The notes under the pieces: generated by a model
What the model was told of the DNA's origin: nothing
What the model saw: the letters and a program-made list of their open reading frames with translations, nothing else
The model's database searches: none
Virus record (IMG/VR): IMGVR_UViG_3300025322_000026
Coordinates: 1 to 54,461 of that record
Reading direction: 5' to 3' (one strand)
Length of the DNA: 54,461 bases
From: a virus
Lineage: Duplodnaviria > Caudoviricetes
Shown: piece after piece, positions 7,886 through 17,938 of the stretch
How the letters are laid out: each line of letters starts with the position of its first letter
Position numbering within the stretch: position 1 is the first letter of the stretch
Translations under genes and position numbers: made by a program

Positions 7886-10374
7886 TCGTCAAAGCTCCAG
7901 TGGCGAGGTTGCCAACGCAGACTGATTTCGGTATCGCCCGTTGTTCCAGTGGCATAGAAGGCAAGTGTATTGCTACCAGGCAGCACTTCAAACTCATCCG
8001 AGTCGGGCAGGATTCCCCGAATGACGTTGCCCTGGAAATCCGATAGTGCCTGCTGGAAGCCTTGACGAAGATCTACAACAACATGCTCACCACCCTGGAT
8101 CTCCAGGTTGAACCGAATGATCTGTCCCGTACTCTGATTTTCCAGCCATCGAAGATGGGCGGGTCCCAGAACATCCAGGAATGGACCAGCCTTTGCTTCT
8201 CCCTGATTGATCGCTGTTTGAATCGCTGATGCACTCGCGGATCCTGTGAAGTCCCCGCCCACCCAGATGTCATTACCATTGTAGATTGCCGAATAGACAT
8301 CCGGTGCCCCAGGCATCAGCAAATCAAGATGGCCGAAACGAGTCCCATTCCATGTTGCTATTCCAGCGGCCAATGGGCTATCGGTAGCGCTTGCAAAGTC
8401 ACCGCCAAAGAGAATCTGTCCCTTGCGGGACGTATCGACCCATCGGACAATTCCGCCACCAGGAAAACCGTCCCCCTCTCGGCCCAACGGGAACCAATCT
8501 TGGCGACCATAGACCGCGGCATTCTCTACGGCTCCATAGCCTATATCGGCCAGCGCATTGCCACCGCAGTATAGTTTCCCATCCCGGGCGAATTCGATAT
8601 GAACAACCTCCTGATCTGCGCCTTCTTCGCCAAGGAGTTCGTAGATAGTTCCAGTCCATCGTGCAACCCGTTTGAGGGAATTGGCAGCCCCGCCCGTCTC
8701 CTGCGTGAAGTTGCCGCAGATGTAGATAGTCTCTCCATCTAGGTCTACCCGGACGCCATTAACCACGGCATCCAATCCTGGCCCTCCACCAAGGGCCGTA
8801 AATCCCGGGAAAGCTGGATCCCAACTCGCGAACCGATTGAGATCGGTCAGCGTATTTGCGGTTTGGAGAAAAGAACCACCAATAAATAGAACTCCAAAAC
8901 GATCAAATGCCAGACCCATTACCGCGTTGTCAAGTCCCTCAGCCCCGCCGCCTGTTACCATCGTATTCCAAGTCGCACCATCCCAATGGGCGATGTTATT
9001 GAAAGGGTTACCGCCTATATCATCAAAATCGCCTCCCACATAGACATCTCCATTGGGAGAGAATGCGATAGCATTAACCCACCCATCATCAATACCAACA
9101 TCGATAGGTGTTACGGTCAACCCATCAGGACTAACCCGACAGATTCGATTACAGTCCGTGTCACCATCGAACTCAGTGAATTCTCCTCCAATCCAAATGT
9201 CGCCGGTTTGAGGATTGACCGCGATCACTCGGACTACACCATTCGCGCCTACCCCAATGGATTGCCATTGCCCATTGATCTTGGCGACGATGTAGTCAAC
9301 ATCGAAGGTATCCTCAGGATCCAACTCAACGACATCCTGGCTATCAACTGCCCAGAGAGGATCAGGGGCTAGAAGCCGAATCCCGAAGCTATTGCTGAAC
9401 GGGAACCGCAGATCGCCCGAGAACTCGAGACCGGATTCATAGAAGACTGGAAGATCCATCGGCGCTCTGCCATTGGCATAACGGAGAAGCGCGGCCTGAG
9501 TCTCTTGGCTTCGATCAGGTTTCAGGATCGCCTCAAGAGCCTCTCTTGCTTTGTGGAGGTGTCTGAGATTCGCCGGGTTCCCGATACATTCCGCTAGGCT
9601 TTTTACAGCCCAGAAAGTGATCATCATGGATCTCGGGATTGGCCGACTTCGGCTAACGATCCCTCGGTCGAAACTAGCGAATTGCTGAACGCTCAACTCC
9701 ACAGGTGCCATACCGAAACCGCTGACCTCGGTCGGCCAGAGACGATGATTGATCCCCTGGGTAACATCTCTCGCGCGTCCGGCAGGTCGGTATCGAACGC
9801 TGCGGACACTCTCGGAAAGATGCCGAGACCCATCCCAATGGAAGAAGGGTTCTCCGTTGTGGATCGGAAGATCAAGTTCCAGGTCTCCGTCGGCATAGGT
9901 CGTCGGATAACCCTTTGCCTCTACCTGAAAGCCATCACAGTAGAACGTATTGATCTCCCGTTCGGTTGTTTCGATGAAAGTTCTCAGGTCTGTGCATGCG
10001 GCTGAACCAAGCTGCATCGTCAGAGATAGCCGAGTCCATTGGGTTGAGGAGAGATGAACCGGATGGCCCGTACGCGATACGCTGTTCGTATTGTCTAGAA
10101 CACGGAGTCTGACCGTACCCGATCCTCGGATGTAAACGCTTGATGTTCTAGGTTCCGCGGCTGATCCAGGGTTGGTATCCTTCCTCAATCCCTCATAGAG
10201 CGCCGCGCCATTCGTTACTACTTTGGCGGAAGACCTACCGAAGCGTGCTTGCTCAAGACTGCGCGTGACCGTCGAGCCAACCGCGGTGATGCCCGTTGTC
10301 GCTGTCTCGATACTTGGGTTCGTATCTTCATTGCGGGTTGCTTCGGGTTCGAAGAGTTCAATTCTTCCCATCAT
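7882..10374 (-). CDS. Evolved distal tail protein (Dit) with carbohydrate-binding-like N-domain and beta-propeller insert
   Basis: After tape measure; LLAPDPLW and PGSNTL..ISLRWQPRHW Dit motifs; repeated V.GG.F / IA.WDG.W blades. Confidence 0.75.
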   Translation of the reverse strand: MMGRIELFEPEATRNEDTNPSIETATTGITAVGSTVTRSLEQARFGRSSAKVVTNGAALYEGLRKDTNPGSAAEPRTSSVYIRGSGTVRLRVLDNTNSVSRTGHPVHLSSTQWTRLSLTMQLGSAACTDLRTFIETTEREINTFYCDGFQVEAKGYPTTYADGDLELDLPIHNGEPFFHWDGSRHLSESVRSVRYRPAGRARDVTQGINHRLWPTEVSGFGMAPVELSVQQFASFDRGIVSRSRPIPRSMMITFWAVKSLAECIGNPANLRHLHKAREALEAILKPDRSQETQAALLRYANGRAPMDLPVFYESGLEFSGDLRFPFSNSFGIRLLAPDPLWAVDSQDVVELDPEDTFDVDYIVAKINGQWQSIGVGANGVVRVIAVNPQTGDIWIGGEFTEFDGDTDCNRICRVSPDGLTVTPIDVGIDDGWVNAIAFSPNGDVYVGGDFDDIGGNPFNNIAHWDGATWNTMVTGGGAEGLDNAVMGLAFDRFGVLFIGGSFLQTANTLTDLNRFASWDPAFPGFTALGGGPGLDAVVNGVRVDLDGETIYICGNFTQETGGAANSLKRVARWTGTIYELLGEEGADQEVVHIEFARDGKLYCGGNALADIGYGAVENAAVYGRQDWFPLGREGDGFPGGGIVRWVDTSRKGQILFGGDFASATDSPLAAGIATWNGTRFGHLDLLMPGAPDVYSAIYNGNDIWVGGDFTGSASASAIQTAINQGEAKAGPFLDVLGPAHLRWLENQSTGQIIRFNLEIQGGEHVVVDLRQGFQQALSDFQGNVIRGILPDSDEFEVLPGSNTLAFYATGTTGDTEISLRWQPRHWSFDD

Positions 10375-12899
10375 CCGCCTCCCAAAGCTGCCATAAGGCG
10401 GAAGTCGCCCACAACCCGCTCACTCGGCGCGGCTGAGTTCACGGTGAGGTTCATGTTGTTCGTCGTATTCGTTGTCCTCTGGGCTCCAGAGGCCGCAGGA
10501 GCAGAGACTACGCGAGCGGCAACATTCTGAGTTGCTATGATCGGGAACCTTGCGGCCTGGGCAACTCCCTCTGCAAGCCCGAGCATCATCTGCCTCCCGA
10601 CATCCATGAAGACCTTCGACCTGGAATGGATCCCCAGGAGGTCCTTGACCGAATCTATCGCTCCACTGAGTCCCTCCGAGATCTTGTCGGCAATGCCTCC
10701 GATGAGTTCAGCCACGGTATCGCTTAGAGCATTGAGCGCGTTTGAAACAGAATCCCTCAGATCCTCCCCGAAGAACTTTTTGATATTTTCGACCGCGTTG
10801 CTGATCCTGTCCCGGATTCCGCCGAGGATGATGTCTACCAAGACTTTGATGTTTGTGAAGGCTGTATCCCATGACTTCTGGAATTCATCAAGGTTAATGC
10901 CAACAATGCCCAATGCCGTGTTGAATAGGGCTCCGATAGTCCCGATGACAGCATTATAGAATCCCTGCGCGTCACCGGCCATGAAAGCAGTTGCCGCGGC
11001 GAAGGCCCCGGTGATCACGGCTAAGGCAATCTCCACAATCCCGACGACGAATCGGAACGCGAATGCTATCGTATTCACGACACCAAGAAAACCTTTTTGG
11101 AATGTCTCTGACTGAAGGACTTCTCCGAGTCGGCCGAGCAAATTTCCGAGAAGCACTACGAAATTCTTCAGAAAGATGCCTACATTGTTCAGTACAATCG
11201 CGAAAGTAGGGCCGAAGGTCTGTTTAATGAAGTCGATTACAGGACCGAAGGCATCTATCACTGCGGGTGCATTCGCGGCGATACCATCAAATATCTTGGA
11301 TACTCCATCGGTCAAGGGCTGGAAGAAATCCACGATACCCGTGATCGCGGGGCCGAAGTTCTGCCCGATGAAACTCACAACCGCAGCGATCCCAGGGATC
11401 AACTTGTCCACGAAGAAATCTCGCGCGGCTTCAATGGCGATAGGAACATTCTTGCTGAGGAAATCCACGATCTGCTCGAATACTGGTTGCCCTTCGGTTT
11501 TCCAGAATGAGGCAACTGAAGCAAAGGCGGGCAGAAGAGTCTTCTCAAAGAAATCTGAAGCTGCCTGGAGTGCCTTGGGAAGCTGTTCTTTCAGCGTTGC
11601 CAAGAGACTGTCAAAGATAGGTCTTCCAGTTGTCTCCCAGAAGTGTCGCAAGGTATCCTGGATACCTAGGAAGTTCGTCTTCCAGGCTGCTCCAAGAAGA
11701 CCAATGACTGCGAGGATGATACCGATGGGCGTCCCAAGAGCAGTGATGATACCAGCGATCTTGAGAACGATTGAGAAGATCGCTGCTCCCGCGAGTGCCA
11801 CACCGATGGCCTGGATTGCCCCGATGATAGCGTCTTTGTTCTCACTGATGACATCGCGGACTTTCTTAAAACCTTCGCCAATACCATCTAGAAACGCCGT
11901 AAGTCGATCCTGCAAGTCCTGAGGGAGAATGCCAGTTAAGGCTTCACGGAATTCAATGGAGAATGGTCCTGCATCGGCAAAAGCCCTGACAAGGTTCAGG
12001 ATGAAATCCACGGTCCTCTCAACCGCGGGCCCGACACGATTTCGGAACAACTCAACAAGCAAGGGGAGTGCCTGTTGGATGATCGGCGTGATGCCCGATA
12101 ACAGCCTACCGAATGCCGGGAGAAGGATGAATCCGATGGCCTCGGCCTCTTCGAGGATGTGATTCTTGAGGATCGTGAACTGACCGCTTAGTGTTTGTGC
12201 AGCCCGAGCCGCCGTCCCCCCGATCGATCCTGCCAGCGCCTTCATGAGGAAGTCTTGAGCCTTGGCGATCTGACCCGTCTCGACCAACTTGTCAATCAAT
12301 TCCGTCTGTTCATCGGTAAGGATGATCCCAGCCGCCTTCAGCGCGCGCAGACCTTCGCCTGGCAATTCAAGCGCGCGGCCTAGTTGTGACGCGGCTGATG
12401 CTGCATCAACACCCAGGGCGGCCGCGAGGTCGAGCGTTATCTGAAGCGCAGGCTCAAATGCTTTCCCCCTGATGTTCTTGAACCGTAATAGAACGGCTTC
12501 GGCAGCCTTGACTGCATCATCGCTTCCGCCTGCCAGATCCCGATAAGCAAAAGCAAGTTCGTTGGCTTTCTGTGCTGTGATCCCCGCGGCTCCTCCGGTT
12601 GCCGCAAGAACCGCTTCGAGCCGTGCATTCACTTCTTCAGCCTGGATAGCCTCTCGGATCCCTATTGCGGCCAACCCGCCGAGAGCTGCGGCCGCCGCGC
12701 CAGCTGCACCCACGACAACAGTCCCGAGCACAGATCCGAACTTGATGACTGAGTTCCCTAGGCTGGCAAACTGGCGTGACAGACTCTCACCGCGGGTCCC
12801 CACGCCCGCGATGCCTTTGTCCATCTGCTGCATTCCGCGCAGGAATTCGGGAAGCCCGAACGCGACCGCCCGAATTCCCAGGTCTTCTACAAACGCCAT
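10371..12899 (-). CDS. Tape measure protein
   Basis: 842 aa, Ala/Gly-rich amphipathic helices with periodic F/W, LLGIHSRSKVF motif; follows the chaperone pair. Confidence 0.92.
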   Translation of the reverse strand: MAFVEDLGIRAVAFGLPEFLRGMQQMDKGIAGVGTRGESLSRQFASLGNSVIKFGSVLGTVVVGAAGAAAAALGGLAAIGIREAIQAEEVNARLEAVLAATGGAAGITAQKANELAFAYRDLAGGSDDAVKAAEAVLLRFKNIRGKAFEPALQITLDLAAALGVDAASAASQLGRALELPGEGLRALKAAGIILTDEQTELIDKLVETGQIAKAQDFLMKALAGSIGGTAARAAQTLSGQFTILKNHILEEAEAIGFILLPAFGRLLSGITPIIQQALPLLVELFRNRVGPAVERTVDFILNLVRAFADAGPFSIEFREALTGILPQDLQDRLTAFLDGIGEGFKKVRDVISENKDAIIGAIQAIGVALAGAAIFSIVLKIAGIITALGTPIGIILAVIGLLGAAWKTNFLGIQDTLRHFWETTGRPIFDSLLATLKEQLPKALQAASDFFEKTLLPAFASVASFWKTEGQPVFEQIVDFLSKNVPIAIEAARDFFVDKLIPGIAAVVSFIGQNFGPAITGIVDFFQPLTDGVSKIFDGIAANAPAVIDAFGPVIDFIKQTFGPTFAIVLNNVGIFLKNFVVLLGNLLGRLGEVLQSETFQKGFLGVVNTIAFAFRFVVGIVEIALAVITGAFAAATAFMAGDAQGFYNAVIGTIGALFNTALGIVGINLDEFQKSWDTAFTNIKVLVDIILGGIRDRISNAVENIKKFFGEDLRDSVSNALNALSDTVAELIGGIADKISEGLSGAIDSVKDLLGIHSRSKVFMDVGRQMMLGLAEGVAQAARFPIIATQNVAARVVSAPAASGAQRTTNTTNNMNLTVNSAAPSERVVGDFRLMAALGGG

Positions 12900-13181
12900 C
12901 TACTTCTTCCTCTTTGCGTCCCGGTTCGCCTTCTCATTCCGGGCCTGCTCGACATGCAGATCCACCAAGCCGCGCATCCGGTGATGGGCGATGATCGTCG
13001 CCATGAGATGAGCCGAGTAGCCTCCGATGTACCACCGTTCTGCATCAAGTCCATAGTCTTTGACCACGCTCAGCTCCTCAAAGATAGGACTGTAGGTGAT
13101 CCCCGGATCGACCGCGTCCCTGATAGGGAAGTCCTCAATCGGCAGGCCGTGTTTCAGGACCCGGAAAGGATTGGGCGGCAC
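12900..13181 (-). CDS. Tail assembly chaperone, frameshifted C-terminal part (T-like)
   Basis: Overlaps the end of 13135-13707 in the +1 frame; directly before the tape measure gene. Confidence 0.7.
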   Translation of the reverse strand: MPPNPFRVLKHGLPIEDFPIRDAVDPGITYSPIFEELSVVKDYGLDAERWYIGGYSAHLMATIIAHHRMRGLVDLHVEQARNEKANRDAKRKK

Positions 13182-13707
13182 GCTTCACCGCCACCTCCGC
13201 TATGCCCATCATTTCTGATAGCCTAGTGAGGTCCTCGGTTCCGAGGGCGACGAACCTCTTGTAGAGGAATTCTCTCTCAAAGGGATCATCTAAGTTGTAC
13301 GCCGACAGATCAATGAGGCCCCTCTTTTCCAGGAACCTCAGTTTCTCCAGCCAGGTATCGTGTTCGGGGATCCCCTCAACCAGATCCACGCCGAACAGGA
13401 CCATAGCATCGATCGCCGCAGTTCCACGGGCTGTGTCAGCTTCCTTTTTCGCCTTGATGTAGGCTGAATCTGCGGGATTCGGTTCGGGCCTCCCTTCAGG
13501 GTGATCAGTCGTCGGTTTATCTGGATTGTTCCAGATCGGAACCTCTGGTTCTGGGACCCGCTGCTGGATCTCAATGATGAGAGAAGTGGCAACCGACTTG
13601 AGCCGGGCTTTGACACCCGTGCTCAGTGTGACGATTCCATTCTCCTCGCCGGAACGCTCGCGCGCGGCCTCAATTGCCGGGCTCGGCCCTACAACTGCTT
13701 TCACCAT
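13135..13707 (-). CDS. Tail assembly chaperone (G-like)
   Basis: Between tail tube and tape measure; GGGAGG RBS. Confidence 0.75.
   Translation of the reverse strand: MVKAVVGPSPAIEAARERSGEENGIVTLSTGVKARLKSVATSLIIEIQQRVPEPEVPIWNNPDKPTTDHPEGRPEPNPADSAYIKAKKEADTARGTAAIDAMVLFGVDLVEGIPEHDTWLEKLRFLEKRGLIDLSAYNLDDPFEREFLYKRFVALGTEDLTRLSEMMGIAEVAVKRAAQSFPGPETRPAD
13161..13170 (-). other. Candidate +1 programmed frameshift site TCC TTT CCG G
   Basis: Phe tRNA could re-pair from TTT to TTC, joining ...AQSF to RVLKHG... Confidence 0.55.
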
Positions 13708-13730
13708 CTTGACCTCCCAGTCCGAGAGTG

Positions 13731-15230
13731 TTAGTCCTGTTCTACGACGATGAACCCATCCGTTGCATCATCGGCCAATCCGCCACCGATGACCAAGTTC
13801 GCATCGAACTCGCATACTGCCAGCGCCGCGACATGATCATTCGCTGGGAGTACCGCGGTACCTTCTGGCGTCAGATTCCAGGAATAGCCACCGTCAAAGG
13901 ACCGCAGGATCCGCCCTGACGGCGCCGTGGTGCTGTGCGCCAGATAGATGACGGATCGGGTGGCCACCGCGATGTCCCAGACGATACCCGTTCCGCTGCC
14001 TGGGAAGCCCTTCAACGTCCAGGACTTGCCCTGATTGAAGGTGTAGTACAGGCGGCCATTGCTCGTGCCGACCAACCAGTAGTTTTCATCCACCACGCCC
14101 ACGGTAGTCAGGTTCACGCCCACACCAACTGGGCTTGTGGTTGTGGCAGCGAACGAGGCACCATCGCTCGTGAAGACCACACCACCATCGTTCCCAACCG
14201 CGACTGCAAAGTCTTCGCTGATGGCATCCACAGCGTTGAGCTTGACCGGCGTCGCAGCGCCAGCATCCAATACGTCGACACCTCCAGTGGGATCGGGGGT
14301 CGAGTAGATGTATCCACCATCACCGACGATGAAAGCCTTCGACCCAACGCTGTCGATCGCATTCGGTGCCCCGCCGACCGCGAAGCCTGTGGTGACTTCT
14401 GTGAACGCTGGATCGGTCAGACCATCGAATTCCGTTTTGAGCGCGTAGTGGAGCGAACCCGAATCGTTTGAAACAACCACGATGTAGTTCCCGATGCAGG
14501 CAAGCGCGTTGGGATCCTCAGCAGCGCCCAGGGAATCTACATCGTAGACCATCCAGGTGGCGCCTTTATCCAGGCTGAAGACAACATCCGCGGGCGTTCC
14601 AGGAGAACCGCCAGCCGCCTTCGTGACCCCAAATGCCTTGAGGCATCCATCGCTCGGGTCTTCGCAGTCACCGCAGGAAACCGAATCGCAGAAGACCATA
14701 TCGATGACTTCATTGGTCAGGACGTCCGCGGCCTTGGAGGCCGCATTCAGCGGGAGAACCTCATAGAACTGAGCGCCGCTGATCTCGGCCGTCTCATTGA
14801 CTAGGCTCTTTTCATCGGGCTGGAGCGCGCCCAGGTCGTCGGTCGACCAAGTTGGGATCAGCGCGTCTTCGATGATCAAGGCTTTCTTGAACTCATTGAA
14901 GTCCGAGGGATCGGTGCAGCTTCCCATGTGGAGCTGGACATCGTTCGAGCACCCGATCTTCGCCAGCCTCAGAAGTTGGCTCTGGAGGTTGATCGCGTAT
15001 CGGCCGATCAGGGAGGTTGTCGGCCTCTCGGCCTCTCCTCGAACGGTCCCGATGATCTCGAAGCTATCATACTTCCTCGGGTGAGGAGAGTAGATCGAGG
15101 TCACATCCCCGAAGCCCTGCTCGACGCCGGCCATCTTCATGGTCGATTCGTAGCTGGGTTGTCGGTCTGCGCGTGCCCGACCTTCGATCAGGAACACGCG
15201 GGTAAAGCCGGTCTGTAGTGGATCACTCAT
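13731..15230 (-). CDS. Major tail tube protein with C-terminal beta-propeller (BNR/Asp-box-like)
   Basis: Position before chaperones; SLDKGATW, TFNQGKSW, SFDGGYSW Asp-box repeats. Confidence 0.7.
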   Translation of the reverse strand: MSDPLQTGFTRVFLIEGRARADRQPSYESTMKMAGVEQGFGDVTSIYSPHPRKYDSFEIIGTVRGEAERPTTSLIGRYAINLQSQLLRLAKIGCSNDVQLHMGSCTDPSDFNEFKKALIIEDALIPTWSTDDLGALQPDEKSLVNETAEISGAQFYEVLPLNAASKAADVLTNEVIDMVFCDSVSCGDCEDPSDGCLKAFGVTKAAGGSPGTPADVVFSLDKGATWMVYDVDSLGAAEDPNALACIGNYIVVVSNDSGSLHYALKTEFDGLTDPAFTEVTTGFAVGGAPNAIDSVGSKAFIVGDGGYIYSTPDPTGGVDVLDAGAATPVKLNAVDAISEDFAVAVGNDGGVVFTSDGASFAATTTSPVGVGVNLTTVGVVDENYWLVGTSNGRLYYTFNQGKSWTLKGFPGSGTGIVWDIAVATRSVIYLAHSTTAPSGRILRSFDGGYSWNLTPEGTAVLPANDHVAALAVCEFDANLVIGGGLADDATDGFIVVEQD

Positions 15231-15519
15231 GAGATTCCTCCTGGTCCTCCGACCTGTAGGCTTGGATCAGGTGTCGCTTCACGATTCCTGTCACGACACC
15301 CGTGACAGCGGACTGACCTTTCACAACATCCGCCCAGGTGAAAAGCCCCTGCCTGACGAGTTCATTGTGGATCGCTTTCTTCAACTCGCCACAGTCCAGT
15401 CCGTCGAGGCTCGGAGGCTCAAGCGGGATCCCTTGAGGACCCATATCATCTGGATCGTCGTCTCGGATCATCGCCGCTCGAAAGTAACCGTTCTTGTCTT
15501 GCCAGGAAACCTTTCTCAT
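15223..15519 (-). CDS. Hypothetical virion morphogenesis protein
   Basis: Overlap-coupled between adaptor and tail tube. Confidence 0.6.
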   Translation of the reverse strand: MRKVSWQDKNGYFRAAMIRDDDPDDMGPQGIPLEPPSLDGLDCGELKKAIHNELVRQGLFTWADVVKGQSAVTGVVTGIVKRHLIQAYRSEDQEESHE

Positions 15520-16838
15520 ATCACAGCGACGTGGGCGATACGCGGTGCAAGTTTTGCAAGGCGTTTCCAGACCCGGATCTCCCCCCGTCGCGTTCCGAAT
15601 GGATTCTCAAGATCTCCGGGGGAAGTCACATAGGTATCACCTTCTCGGGGAGTCTGGGCCAGATCAACCCTCAGCCATTCCGTAACTGAACTCACATTGG
15701 AGCATCGGCAGAATGGACGCTCGAGTCGGCAGACCGTTAGCCAGGCGATGGTCTCAGCCCAGAAATGAGACAGCGGATCGCAACTCAGACCCGCAAGATA
15801 GTCCCGGCTCAATTCTCCCGATTGATACCAGAACTTCACCTGATCAGGCATACGGCAAACCGAAAGCGCGTCGGGAAGCCATGCCCCGGTAGCCGCATCA
15901 TAGGTTGCTGGACCTGGGACCAATGTCCCGATCTCCACATCCCGGACATGAGCACATCCATCCTGGGTCGTGAACTCACAGACGGTGCAGCCTGTCCCGC
16001 CACAATTCGGACAGAAGATAGATGCTACATTCCCGAGAGGTTCCCAGTACAGCTCCGCGCTTCTGGCTGTGGGATCGTTATATTCTCGATAGACATCCAC
16101 GCTGAGGACAAAGTTGGTGTCCGTATCCAGATTGATGGCTGCTTTCCCATCGCTCGTGGGGAAGGCCTCCCACAGGTCAGGATCGAGGATCTGCCAGGTC
16201 CAGAGTGTGATGACGACATTCCCGCCCGCGACTGTTACGGTACGCAGAGGCCTAACTTCCCACTCCTCAGCCGCGCCATGTCCGGCGAAATAGACCTTGT
16301 ACTCGCATTCGTCATAGACCGCGGAGGCCAGCGTGATCGTCGCGGTTTCATCGAACCCGTCCCCATCGGCATCAGAGAAAACTAGGGTATCGGCGATATT
16401 GACAGGGATGGTCCTCGTAGCGGTTCCAATGACGGTCGTGGCGCGCTGCCCTTGAGAGATGATGCGTCCCCAATTGGCCTTGACGCTCTTGGGCATACCC
16501 CGGTTGTCCAGACCATCCTCGAAAACGTCTTGTCTATGATGGCGAGGCATCTTATGGACCTCGCCTTCGATCCATTTCGGGCCGGGCCAGTAGCCGATGA
16601 ACTGGGCGATCTCTTCCTCTGACATAGAGATCTCTTCGGCTATGTCTTCTCGGCTCACACGATCCACGGCTTGCCACGCGTGTTGCCAAAAAACGCTATC
16701 GCAGGATGCCCCGCCGGCTGGAAAGACAATCGGTGTCCCAGCAGATCCTACCGCACCGTTAAAGTGAGGTGGTGCGATTCCCATGATCTGAGCGAATCGA
16801 TCCAAACTCAGGATGGTCTTAGTGCTTGCTCTCGCCAC
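15516..16838 (-). CDS. Probable head-tail adaptor/connector protein
   Basis: Position; REDIAEEI...GYWPGP.W N-terminus; Cys-rich; function inferred from synteny. Confidence 0.5.
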   Translation of the reverse strand: MARASTKTILSLDRFAQIMGIAPPHFNGAVGSAGTPIVFPAGGASCDSVFWQHAWQAVDRVSREDIAEEISMSEEEIAQFIGYWPGPKWIEGEVHKMPRHHRQDVFEDGLDNRGMPKSVKANWGRIISQGQRATTVIGTATRTIPVNIADTLVFSDADGDGFDETATITLASAVYDECEYKVYFAGHGAAEEWEVRPLRTVTVAGGNVVITLWTWQILDPDLWEAFPTSDGKAAINLDTDTNFVLSVDVYREYNDPTARSAELYWEPLGNVASIFCPNCGGTGCTVCEFTTQDGCAHVRDVEIGTLVPGPATYDAATGAWLPDALSVCRMPDQVKFWYQSGELSRDYLAGLSCDPLSHFWAETIAWLTVCRLERPFCRCSNVSSVTEWLRVDLAQTPREGDTYVTSPGDLENPFGTRRGEIRVWKRLAKLAPRIAHVAVI

Positions 16839-17202
16839 TGACGACCCTCTCGATTATGACCGCTATCGCGCTCAAGGCGAAAGGCGACATGATTAGGATT
16901 GTCCATTTCGAACTCAACCAGTAGACTGCCGTCAACAGAAAGCCCATCCAGACCGACATGCAGAAAACGCAAGTGAAAAGCTCGGATAAGGCGGTCGTGG
17001 CATAAGGCAGAGACTGTTCGTTGTACCGAATTCCGACCATTGTTCTCATCCGGGCAAAGATCTCCCACGGTCCATCCTCATTCACCAGAAGGCTCGATAG
17101 CCTCCATGTTGCCAGCCCGAGGATCAAGAGGTCGATTAATGAAAACGTCGGACTTAGGCTATCCGCCAGTCCGACGGAGACAGGTATCAATTGTCCGATC
17201 AA
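16819..17202 (-). CDS. DUF1360-like membrane protein
   Basis: LATWRLSSLLV.EDGP...LFTCVFCMSVW pattern. Confidence 0.7.
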   Translation of the reverse strand: MIGQLIPVSVGLADSLSPTFSLIDLLILGLATWRLSSLLVNEDGPWEIFARMRTMVGIRYNEQSLPYATTALSELFTCVFCMSVWMGFLLTAVYWLSSKWTILIMSPFALSAIAVIIERVVSGESKH

Positions 17203-17236
17203 TGATTGCTAGAGGCCTCCTGCCTCTTTCCTTTCC

Positions 17237-17470
17237 CTATGGGACAGGCTCTCCAGATTCTAGCGTGAAAGTTCGGGGATGGTCGGTCCCGAATGGACCA
17301 CCAAAGTTCAATCCCTCTTCATCTCTCACACCGAGAGCCACATGACCATCCACGGTTATGAACAGTGCCCACTTCGGGATAGTCTCATCTTGCTCCCTTT
17401 CGGGATTGATCCATCCCGCCCAGCCGTGGTCCTCTGGGTGCTGATACCGACCGACCTCGATGCGCTCCAT
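17237..17470 (-). CDS. Hypothetical protein
   Basis: AGGAGG RBS, 77 aa. Confidence 0.6.
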   Translation of the reverse strand: MERIEVGRYQHPEDHGWAGWINPEREQDETIPKWALFITVDGHVALGVRDEEGLNFGGPFGTDHPRTFTLESGEPVP

Positions 17471-17522
17471 GACGCACCTCCTGAAATGAAGTCGGCCTCC
17501 TGCCGCTAACTTCTTTCGTTAA

Positions 17523-17636
17523 TCAGCCTTTGATGAGGCCAAGAACATAAATCCAGAAGGCTATGGTCAGGATAGCCGCGATTGGCATGAAATATAGGAT
17601 GATCTTGATGATTGTTCTTCCACTGATTCTATTCAT
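17523..17636 (-). CDS. 37-aa TM peptide (MNRISGRTIIKIILYFMPIAAILTIAFWIYVLGLIKG)
   Basis: ATGA overlap with the upstream gene; hydrophobic. Confidence 0.5.
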   Translation of the reverse strand: MNRISGRTIIKIILYFMPIAAILTIAFWIYVLGLIKG

Positions 17637-17938
17637 GCCTCAGCCTCGGCTATCTGGCTCTCTTTGATGGCATATCCATTCTGGAGAGTAGCTTTGATGT
17701 GAAAATCCCAGAGAACTTGTTCGGATTCCAGTTTCATGTGCATTGGGAATTCAGTCGGGAAAAAATCTTTCAGGCTACCATCCGAATTGGTTCCGCCATC
17801 AAACCTTTCCAAGCGAAAAGCTAGACCCATGAGAACTTCCTTTAGGGCTTTGCGGACCATAATCGCTGGAGGATCACCGCTGAGCGGCGTATAGTCTAGC
17901 GAAAGATGAACGATCTCGTTCCGAATCGGAAGTGTCAT
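17633..17938 (-). CDS. Hypothetical protein
   Basis: ATGA-coupled to the GT fusion gene. Confidence 0.6.
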   Translation of the reverse strand: MTLPIRNEIVHLSLDYTPLSGDPPAIMVRKALKEVLMGLAFRLERFDGGTNSDGSLKDFFPTEFPMHMKLESEQVLWDFHIKATLQNGYAIKESQIAEAEA

